From Perna viridis (Eukaryota), in assembly GCA_037379345.1 (NCBI GenBank), contig CM074520.1, forward strand, positions 40,892,664 to 40,956,663: 64,000 bases of DNA, written 5' to 3'. Positions within the stretch are counted from its first letter, which is position 1; each line of letters begins with the position of its first letter. The notes beneath the pieces were generated by a model. That model was not told the origin of the DNA, searched no databases, and saw only the letters and a list, made by a program, of their open reading frames with translations. Below are positions 38,601 to 50,600 of this stretch, one piece after another. The position numbers and the translations under genes were made by a program.

Positions 38601-41600
38601 TATCCTGAAATCAAAGGTAGTACATGTACTGTAAAAAAACAGTGTTTTAGAAATTTTGATACTTTAGGTTTCCATTGTAAATCAACCCATGAAAATTAAC
38701 TTTTCTATAATCAGGACACTTTCCATATATTTTTTTTTTTTTTTTAAATGTTGCCATTTGTCATACAGACTTTCCTTACGACTACTGCCTAGATTTTTTC
38801 AGTTCAGTCATTTTGTTATTTCCTTTCATTCATATCTACTTGCTAAAAATAAATTGACACTTTGAAAAGGGGGCGCCTGGCAAGGTTCCTAGGAAAAGGA
38901 GGGTGCTAGGACATTATTTGCCAGTTTCTGTCAATTCTAGATATGACAATGACAAATTATCCAATTAAAAAAAGGGGGGTGCCAAAACCCTACACCATCC
39001 TCTGGATCTGCCACTGTGATGACTTTCTCTCACTAAAATTTCATTTGCTCCAGGGGACAGATATGGAAATCCTAAATCACAGAAATATTCTCTCTGACTG
39101 AGGCTATCAACTACAGACAGAAGACCTATAATGAGTTCCTGATTTACTGCATATTACTCTGCTAGCTTATATTTATAGACTGCCAAACAGGATGTAAAAA
39201 AATCACAAGACATAGCACTACTCATTACAAATCGGTGAAGTTGTTTCCACTGCACTTACTAATTTGCATATGGAGTTGTGGGTTAGTACTAAGTATGTTA
39301 GAGGCATAAAGATGTAAAATAGCAAATATACCGTCTGTACAAGTAGTACATTGAGTAGGGGCTGACTGAAATACTGGCCATTAATAGTTAGAGATTCTCT
39401 CTCCTTAAGTAATAAGTAGTATAAATTTTTCTCCAATTGAGATTTTCAACATGCGAACTTTAGTCTGTAAATCCGTGATTTTCATATAGGTACAAAGGAT
39501 AGATTCACAATCCGTGCCCAAATTCATAGACAGTAAACTCCTCTGATATTACCACCTAGAAAAGTCCATTTTATTTTTACTTTTGAGAAAATGTTTTGTC
39601 CAAGAGTTTTAATACAGAGAACAAAATTTATTAGTTAAGATAGCATGTCACAAGTTTACAGTATTGTTACCTTAAATGGTGGTCTCCTGGCAGGGTTCTG
39701 GTGCCAACATCTCTGTATCAAATCTGAAAGGTCCGGTGGACAGCTGGATGGTATCTCTGGTCTCTTGTTTAAACGTACTCTCTCTAGAATCTAAACATAC
39801 ATATTTTCAAACTCAGATTTATGGAAGTAAGTTTCGTGTCACAAAAAAATCATTTGTGATTTTTTTTTTAATTTCTTTTAGTGTTTCATACAGATTGTGG
39901 CTATTAAAAACAAAATGTTGCATGATATAGTGTGCTAAGAATACCCAAACTCAACCACATTTAAGTTGTACATTAAACAGGAAGTAGAAGATTGAGGAAC
40001 CTGGACAGAAAAGGCACTGTACATGTTATCACGCAAAAGTAATATACCAAATATCTAAGCATTTCTCCAATAGAAGCTGAGAAATCTGTTACAGAAAAGT
40101 GTAACAGACAGACGGACAGATAAGGTGAATGCAATAAGTAAATAAAATAAGTGCTGAAAATAAATTGCACTGATTTTATGTTTAAAGACTCAACCGTCAT
40201 TGTAAGTAAAGAAGGAAAACTGTGCAACTCTAGTAATTTTGGGAAACTAAGCATAATTTGAAAGCAGTTTTGCTGAGGGCAAATATCCATATCAATATGG
40301 TACAAAAAAATGTAGTAAATACTTGGTTACAAATCCTTTAAATGACTTTAATCAAATATCTTTCTGCATATCAATTATGCAAGACATCTTACTTGAAACA
40401 CAGAACAGCCATCATAAGGATGACATCTTGTAAGCATCTCCCATAAAATAATTCCAAAACTGTAGACGTCTGCTTTGGCTGTTATCTCCCCTGTCTCAAG
40501 TAGTTCTGGTGCCATCCACTTGGGGGAGCCACCAGTGCCTTTCTTTCTTGAAGCTTTTGAAGCCCTCATGTCAGCATCATGCCTATAGTGTAATAAGAAA
40601 ACATGTTGACATGACAGAAATAATGGCTTCAATAAATGTGAACTTACCAGAAGATTTACTTCGTGCATATGGTTGTTTCATGGACGGAAGAACACAAGAA
40701 TTGAAAATCTACACACATATTTAATTTGATGGCAAGATTACATAATACAAATTTGTCAAAATAATATTTCAAATTGTTAGGATACATATCATTATCAAAA
40801 GTATAACAGGGTAGAACTACCTTAATGAAAAATGAGTTATCTCCCTTCCATCAATATGAAAAGCAAGATTTCCATATGGTTAATTTAATACTCATTGGCA
40901 GATGTTTTGTTTCCAGAATAAGAGCATAAACAAACAGCTGATTTATAATGAATTGACACTAATTGGTTTTTATCTAATGTGCAGCATAACTGACAGAGAA
41001 GATGTAAGAGATGTGTATTTCTTTTAGGTGGATCTAAAACATGTTTTAGAATCCCAATTCTGTGAATCCTAATCATGTTATAAACATTAAAAAACTGTAA
41101 TGTTCCAATGAAATAATTTTAAATATGGCTGACCATGAAAAGAAGTCTTGGGTTATGATTTCAATTTGAATCAATGGATTCTTATGATTCACATGATTCG
41201 AAATCATGTTTCAAATACATGTAGCAGAAACACCCCTCAGATCACAGTATCTTTTGAGCACTGATATAGTACATGTATGATGCTTGCAAATGAATTCCAT
41301 AGAATCAATGTTTACAGTTTTTCTGAAGTAGCAGTATAAAATTACCTGAACTTTGAAAAGCCAAAGTCAGCCACTTTAGCTCTGCCACTACTGTCTAGTA
41401 AGACATTCATAGACTTGAGGTCAAGGTGTAGGACTTGTGGTTTGTGTTGATGGAGGTAGTTCATCCCAAGAGCAATGTCATGTGATACTCCATAATACTC
41501 AGCATGGTCCATCGATGCACTAGAAATAAAAGAAAACATGGGTCAACAGCAGCTTAACTTGTATTAAAAATGTTTAATAATGACAAATAAAATATTTCAA

Positions 41601-44600
41601 CGATAGAAAATTTGTGTCATCAAATTATTTTAAATATGTATAATTCCAGCAGGACAAATCAGTTTATGATAAAGCATTTCATTCTATAATCATTGACTTC
41701 ATATGGAAATACAATGCTGAATACAGCTGTGCTGTAATTGTATATATGTATATGTTTTCCTGTTACTTAAGCCACTGATTATATCCTGAGATTCATATGA
41801 CAGAATTCCCTGTGTCTTTAGTTTAAAATCCTTGATAAAACATGAAATAAACTCAGCAGGACACAATAAGGATGAACTGTTATCAAATAACTTTATTGTT
41901 TTTCCATTGCAGGTGAAAGCCAATATAATGGTATACATACAGCTCTGATTCTTCTTCTTATTTTGGCAAAAGGGGCCATTTTTGGAAATTATCTACATAT
42001 GTGAATGCCTACTATGTACAGGATGTGGAAAATGCTCTACAAAGCCTCACATTTACCCTGACTCTAAGCCTCATAAAGGCTATATATTTTTTGTACAATA
42101 CCCTACTTTTTAATACATACATTACATTGTATTTTAGTATCCATGTTTTTGTTTGCTAACAACTTTATTTTTGAAAAAAATCAAAATATGCTTAGATTAT
42201 AAAACATGATGTTTATTTAAGGAGGTAGACCTAGGGTAAGGGACATAACTCTTGAAATCAGTGATATGTTTGTACCATATTCAAAATCACCGAAGATTCT
42301 CAAGCTTTCCTTTGAAACAAAATGAAATCAGTCTGAGTTACTTCGATGCTTTCATGAGATTGATGTAAATTGGTGAGTTTAAACATTCCAATGATTAGTA
42401 AGTGTTATATCCCTTACCCTAGGTCTACCTCCTTAAAACCAAACCACAAACTGTCTTCCAGTGACCTAAACATGGCAATAAGTTTATGACATACCATTTC
42501 GGATCATGTAGATAATAATAAAGACTTCCTCTAGCCATGAACTCTAGAACCATGACAGGATACTTGTCACTGGTACAGACACCTAGTAGCTGTACAACTC
42601 TTGGATGGTGTAGCTCCTTCAACAGACTGACCTACAAAATAGTTTGATAATTGTTATAAAAACTCTTTGGACTATCACAAAAAATAATAGGATAATTAAT
42701 AGGAAAGAGCAAATAACCAAAATATGATCAAAAGTACCGAAGAATGCTTATTTTTAATATGTGGTGTGCAGAACTTGTTCTGTGCACGAGCTAAATCTTT
42801 ATGCATTTTTGGCAGGAGTGATAATATTTTGATATTCACAATATCCAGTTATAATCCTATTTATAGAATAGATATTTTCCATTATTCGAAAGAATTTTCA
42901 ACATGAATTTTAAATTTTGTAAACTGCACATTGATATTCATGTTGTGACGTTCTGTGATGTTTTGGGGGGAGAAAGTCTGAGAGTGAAATTACAGAATTT
43001 ATTTAACAGTGTGAAATATCAATTTTTTTTACAAAAGTAACATTCAATAAATCACTGCCATCTATATAATAAATACAGAAATATCAATCACAAAAATGTT
43101 GTAAATTTCAGTATGCTGTACACTTGTTTCAAGGAGTAATCTCTCATTAGCAGCATTAGAACCAAAAACATGCACAGTGTTATTTAGCAAATAGTTCATG
43201 ATGCTGAGAGTCATATTTCAATATATGGACATGTTGGTCATCCCATAAATTACATGGACTGAAGCGTAACATTTATTTTATTTAATCCTATCATTAAAAT
43301 CAGGCCTTTAAATTACGAGTTCTAGCGAGTTTAAGTTCGACTGTACAAGGTGTACATACAGAAATTTTATTCATTGACATCAATTTTGCATCAGATTTTT
43401 AACGCTTACATTAACCCTAGCCCTGAAGGTAAAATGACAAGTGAACAGACGCACAGACTGTCTGCAAATATGATCCATCAAAAGATTCAAAATAAGTACA
43501 AACCTCGGCTGCAAAGTAGTTCTTGTCATGTGATGTTAGTGGTATTTTTAGCTGTTTGATGGCTACTTCCTTCCCGATACAAACACCATGATATACCTTA
43601 CAGAAAGTTCCCTCTCCGATCAGATCTAAAAATTATCATCAATATTAGCATTTTAATTAAGGAGGAAGACCAAGGGTAAGGGACACAAATCTTACAAATC
43701 ATTGGAATGTTTGTATTCACTATTTTACATCAATTTCATGAAACCATCAAAGTAACTGCGACTGATTTCATTCTGCTTCAAAGGAAAGCTTGAAAGGCTT
43801 GGGTGAAATTGAATATGATACAAACATATTACTGATTTCAAGAGTTATGTCCCTTACCCTAGGTCAACCTCTTTGAAATAAGGCTTTCTAGAGCAGTTCT
43901 CTTAATAAACAGTGCTTACTGGCATTTCAATACTTACTATGTATTTTTTTTTAAAGCAAAGAATAGTATCCTTTGTTCAATATGGTAAAAAAAAAATTCA
44001 GGTCACAGTATTCAATGATCAGAATAATCAGATTTTATCCTCTCAAGAAAAAATCAAATCTTGCACTGTGATAGTTTAGGTCTTGACTTCAAAATTGCCA
44101 TTGTTCCATGTATCTCAAACACTTTTCAATATGATTTAAAACGAAGTCTCCTCATCAAGCAAACCTTACAAGAAAATGTGAACTTGAACCTTCCAAGCTG
44201 AATAATTAGATCCTGCCCTCTTTTTAAGGTGGTAGACCTAGGGTAAGGGACACAACTCTTACAAATCATTCAAGCGTTTGTATTCACCATTTTACATCAA
44301 TCTCATGTAAGCATCAAAGTAACTTGGACTGATTTCATTCTGTTTCAAAGGAAAGCTTAAGAGGCTTTGGTGAAATTGAACATGATACAAACATATCACT
44401 GATTTCAACAGTTATGTCCCTTAACCTAAGTCTACCTCCTTAAGTATATAATAACATGCCACATCTGTATAATCACACATAATGTCATCACTATCAATCA
44501 GTATATCATACGATACAATACCTGTATAATCACACATGATGTCATCACTATCGATCAGTTAAAATACGATATAATACTTGTATAATCATACATGGTGTCA

Positions 44601-47600
44601 TCACTATCAATCAGTTAAAATACGATATAATACTTGTATAATCATACATGGTGTCATCACTATCAATCAATTAACATACGGTATAATACCTGTGTAATCA
44701 GAAATAATGTCATCACTATCAATTAGTACATCATACTATATAATACCTGTATAGTCACACATGATGTCATCACTATCAATCAGTATATCACACGATATAA
44801 TACCTGTATAATCATACATGATGTCATCACTGTCAATCTCTATAGACCTCAATGGATCACCACTTCCTCCCTCGATTGGCGACCTATGTTTATAGAAATA
44901 TTGAATCTTGTAAGCAAGCTTTTGGCTGAGTAAAGATAACAATATCTCCACTATAATACTTGGAAACTACAAATGGAACTTTTACATTTTTGTTAGATTA
45001 AGATTTTTTACTTGAAAATTGCAAAGCCTAAGACAATATTCTGCACTCAATTTAAAGTAGTTTTTTCTAACATTAATGTTTTTCATTGACTTAAGGAGGT
45101 AGACCTAGGGTAAGGGCACAACTCTTAAAAATCACTGGAATGTTTGTATTCAGCATTTTACATCAATTTCATGCAAGCATCAAAGTAACTTGGACTGATT
45201 TCATTCTATTTCATATTAATGCTTGATGGGCTTTGGTGAAATTGAATATGATACAAGCATATCACTGATTTCAAGAGTTATGTCCCTTACCCTAGGTCTA
45301 CCTCCTTAATTGTTATTCAAAATACTGGTAAATTCTCCATCAAGTAGGTGTCATTAAAATACTGTAAAAGTACTTTAATTCTTGGATACCATTTTTCGCA
45401 GATAAATGAAGACTCAAAAGTTTGTGGATTCTTGAATTCATGGTTTTGAGGATTTTAGTATACACATCAATGGAAATCTCCTTTTTGTTGGTAACCAAAT
45501 TTCATGGCTTGGCCTACCCAAGAAAACCATGAAAATTGGTACCCACGAACAATAGCACTTTCACAGTAGTTTTGTACATATTAATTTTGATTTTAAACAA
45601 GAAAGCATGCTCAAATCTAAAGGTTTCTATCTAGAGTAGATAAAACATTTTTATTATGAAATGGCTGAAGGCGAATCAGATTTTCCCTTCAAAAACTGAA
45701 GGTTTTTTAATAAAATACTGAGTTGTAGTAAATTTTATAAATTTGAATGATTAGAAAAAAAGTCAGAGATACCTGAATATAATTGTAATTAAAGAAATGT
45801 TGTAAATATTCTATAACTGAATATGAAAGAAATTCTTTTACCTAACAAGTCTAGCATCAACTTTAAAGTCTGTCTCTACAGTGATGGTATCCTTTCCTTT
45901 CTTGGAAACTCTATGATCAGAGCGTCTTGGTCTGAGCTTTGGAGGTTTAGAATCCTTTATCTTGTGTTCTAGTTCCTCCAATCTAAGCTGTAAGTCTTTA
46001 ACCAGATCCATAGTAACCATCTCTCCTGATAAAGCCTTACTTTGAAGAGCCTCAATCTTAAATGGACAAGTACTGAACAACATTAAGAAGAAGCTTCTTT
46101 CTTTAATCTAATTAAAAATTAATTAATTTGAGATAAATATTGTAATCTGATTGGTTAAAAAAATTTTGTTATATCTCAATGGATAAATAAAATATTGACA
46201 CACCCATATTCAGTTAAATTCAGAGCTACTTTTCTCATGTTTAACATAAAAATAAGTTTTAAAATTAATTTATATGAATTGCCTATGATAAAAATTTTGC
46301 CTATTGAAAAATAACATAAATTTTCCATGTGCATATTTTGTTTATTGCACTTCACGCAATAAACAATATGCACATGGAAAATTTATGTTATTTTTCAATA
46401 GACAAAATTTTCATCATAGCCAATTCTTAATTAGACCTATCAATTGTTCCATTCAGTCACTGCATGTATGATCTAACAACACTCCATTCTACTTTCTGTT
46501 CAGATAACCTGGTCTAATTTTATTAGACTGTTAATTTCTTATGAAATGTTCAATTTGTTTAAAAATTATAAAATGGAGAAAAAGTTTCTCTAATTTTTAT
46601 TTAACACTATGTATTCATTTCTCACAAATTTAGAGAATAAAATGACCTGCACAGTGCTGCTTGATATGAACACAAGAGCAGAGGAGACGATCATGTGAAA
46701 TAAATCAACTGATGCCTATTTGAAAAGATACATACATTGGGTGTTAACTGGTTTCACCCATAGTTGCACAATATAAGATGAAATTATATGACACATGTAA
46801 TTCAATTTATTTTAGTAATGATAATATTTTAAAGATGCCAGATGAGAAGGGGAGGTTACCCCTAGGTAAATCCGTCACTGGAATATAGGGCTAAAATTTT
46901 GTTATTAACATACAAAGTGTGCATAAAGTACAATTTAATGTAATAAATTTTACAATTTTTAAATAAAACTCCCTTGAAAGATATCTTACCTGTGCCTCAA
47001 TTGTTTTCACTTCATTACGTCTAGAGACTTCATGTCTACTGTTAGGTCTGATATCTGAAAATTAAAAAAATGATCTGATCTATAGATATGCAGCTATTTA
47101 CTTTTAAAAAAAATGACAAAATTATGAAAAGGTAGTTTCACAGTCTGCACTGTCAACCCTTAATAAGTACTCTGGACCTTGAAAAATTTTGCGATAAATT
47201 AACATAGACATAACCAATACAAGGGCTATGTTTAATATATAGAATCTACAACAATAACGAGTTGATTATGGAATTTCTCACATCGATTGAAATAAATTTT
47301 ATAGTTTTGATCATGAGGCTTGCTGAGCTATTAAAACTATAAAATTTATTTTACGAGATGTGAGAAATTCATAATCAACAAGCTTTGGGTGTAGATTCTG
47401 TTTCCCTAATGCCCTAAAAATGTCAAAAATACCCAAAAATGAAAAGCATGCAAAATTTTATGATTCCAATTCGTAGAAAACATGTTGACATCACAGAAAC
47501 GCAAACATTCCAAACAAAAGAAACCAGATGATTTCAAAGGTTTTTTTTTTCACTTCAAATCTTCCCAAGTCCCTTCATAATTCTTATTTAAGGTAAGAAA

Positions 47601-50600
47601 ACACCAAAATTATCTCATTTAACTGAAATATAACTACTATGGCAACCAAGGCAATTCAAGATGGAGTCCAAGACAATCCATTTCTAAGCCAATTGAACTC
47701 TGAGAACAAAAAAGTCACTAATGATGAGAACATTTTTTTTTTCAACACCGAGAGAAAGCAGATTTATAAACCAGTATTTTAAAACATTTTGGTCCAAACA
47801 AATGACCGAAAGTTTCAGTAAATGTACATTTAAGGCTTATGGTAACTCTTTACTATTTCAAGTTTAGACATTTTCCAACACTTTGCATTCTGTCAATACT
47901 TAAAAATGAATAAAGTAGATGATTTTTGTGTCAAATTATACATCAGAAAAATAAATCCACCTATAGAATAATAATCACATAGATCTGTCTTACTTAATAA
48001 TATTTGAGAGTGAGTGTAAGAGAATATGCATGAAACAGATAAGGGAGTGTAATGTAATGTAATGACACTAACGCAACTATACACTTAAAACCAATGGCCT
48101 AGCATGAGTAGTTCATGTAAAATTGACCTAATCATATAACTTAAAAAAGAAACATCAAAGACAATAGACCATGACTAAAGGGGTATATGCATGAAACAGA
48201 TAAAAAATTGTGATATAGTGATGTTAATGCAACTTCATACAAAATAAAATTAAGGAAGTAGATCTAGGGTAAGGGACACAACTCTTACAAATTATTGGAA
48301 CGTTTGTACTCAGCATTTTACATCAATCTCATGCAAACATCAAAGTTACTTGGACTGATTTGATTCTATTTCAAACAAGAGCTTGATAGGCTTTGGTGAA
48401 ATTGAAAATGATACAAACATATCACTGATTTCAAGAGTTATTTCCCTTACCCTAGGTCTACCTCCTTATGGTTGCAGAATTGTTCATATTAAACTGACCT
48501 ACTCAGATAACTTATAATAAAATTGTAACTTGGATGCTGATGCTGGAAAAGCAATACCTCGCTTTCCACAACTTTTGAAGCAGGCAAGACAAAAACTGTA
48601 TCTGTAGTAAACCCAACCAACTGTAAAACTCTTACATATCGTCTTATGACTAAGGTTTAATGAATATGGTAATTGGTGGTAAAATTTTCAGTCTGACTTG
48701 AGATATGGACCTATTTATTGGTTAGGTTGTTTACACTGGATTATATAGACCGTTTTGTGCTAACTGTGAGATAGCCGATGATCATGCTCCATGTACAATA
48801 TAATGAGAATAGGTATGGTGAATATGTCAAAGAGACAACACGATGAAAATGTCAGCCCAAGGCCATCTATTGGTCTTTAATGAATGACGAGGATAATATA
48901 CAAAAAAAATTATTTTGTACAACCTAAGTCCTCCCTCACAGATGTGTATTTTGAACATGCACTTTGACATAACATAAAAGGGTCTATTGAGAAAACAAAA
49001 AGAAATTAACACATGTACTATACTTCATTCAGTTTTTTACCAATTTTAGCTCCGAAGTTACCAAAATTGGTATCAATTACATTAATCAATAGATTATTAA
49101 ATTTTGCAGAACTGCAACAGATTTTTAACAACTTGTCTGTACAAAAGAGTAATCAAGGGAACCAAGGTTCTAGCAGTAATCAAAAGAATGTAATCCAGGG
49201 ACAAAGACCAGACATGGAAAACAGACAAACACAACAAAGAACATAAAGTAACTAAAATCATACATACAAAGTAACAAAAGCAAATGAGCAACTCGGACTC
49301 CACTAAAAACTGGGAGCATGGACCAGGTGCACCGGTAGGGTAAGCGTCCACATACAAAAATATGTTTTTAAGTCTATAGTACAAAATTCAAAATATTTTT
49401 TTCACACTTTTAATGCCTTAGTTGGCCAGAACATACCCGAAAAGTCAGCGTCTAAGTAGACAGGATTATGAATGCTTTGTCTGACATATCCAGCGGTTTG
49501 AGGTCTAGCTCTCTCTACTGACTGATCATCTACAACTCTTTTTTCTTCCTTGTCTATAAATAGAAGAGAGACATAATAAATATGAAGTTGCACACATGAG
49601 CGGTCCTGCTAGTTATACCTCCATTTACTTACAATGCATTCCCCAGCTATAAAAAGCCAAACACCAAATTTGAAATCAATCCATCCATTTGGAGCTGAGA
49701 ATTTTATGACGAAAATTTTGTTTATCATTCCATTTTGTGAAAAATGGCAAGTCCCAAGAAACAGGAAGTTGATATTGAACAGCAACAAACATAAGCTGAG
49801 ATAATTGTGACAAATTTAAGACAGACAGACAAACAGACGAACAGAATGAGAGACGGACAAGGTAATTTTAATATACCGTCAACTCTTTGAGTGGGATATT
49901 TATGATTAGGTAATACCACATCTAATCAATTATCAACTGTTTTTCTTTTGTTTTGTTTATGTTCTATTTTTGTCCATGTTTTATTGTTTACTTTAATTAA
50001 ACAGTATCTAATAAGTGATGCTTCATTCTAAACCTGACTGATTTCTTTTTATCAGGGGCTAAAATGTGCATTTTAGAAGATAAAAGGCATAGAAAACATA
50101 TCAATAAATGTTAATGGTTGTTAATTATTCCTGGTTTATTTTGCTTTTAGCAGATTTAGTCCACTACAATACAAGTGCTCTATGAAAAATTATATTTGGA
50201 GTCACAAATTTCATAGCTAAGTTCTTATACATCTGACCCCTTGAAGTAGTCCTGTAATGGCTTAACCACCTCCCCCATTTCTCTTGCAAGATTAACTTAC
50301 AATCAGATTTGTAGTTCCTGTCAAGTACTGTGACAGATATCAGGTTATTAATATCCCGTTCTAAATCTGATAAGTCTGGGTGTTCCATCTCATAATCTTC
50401 CTCATCCAACAGGTGTTCTTGTGAACCATAATCTGACCCATTCTGGTAATTAAAAACATTTTATTTTTTGTAAATAGAAAAAAATATGTGCATATGACAA
50501 TCTTAACAAAATAGATTTCCAACTTGTCTGACCAACACCCAAATTTGACCATTTTCTCCTTGATAAGCAGTCAAAAACTTCCAAAATTTCTGTATGACCC

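Noticed and set aside
36086-38608. Plus-strand ORFs inside the large exon (also 54026-55129, 23994-24233, 5485-5700)
   Set aside because: Antisense shadows of real minus-strand exons.
44465-44838. CRISPR-like array
   Set aside because: Contiguous tandem units with no unique spacers, no cas genes, and eukaryotic context; it is a minisatellite.
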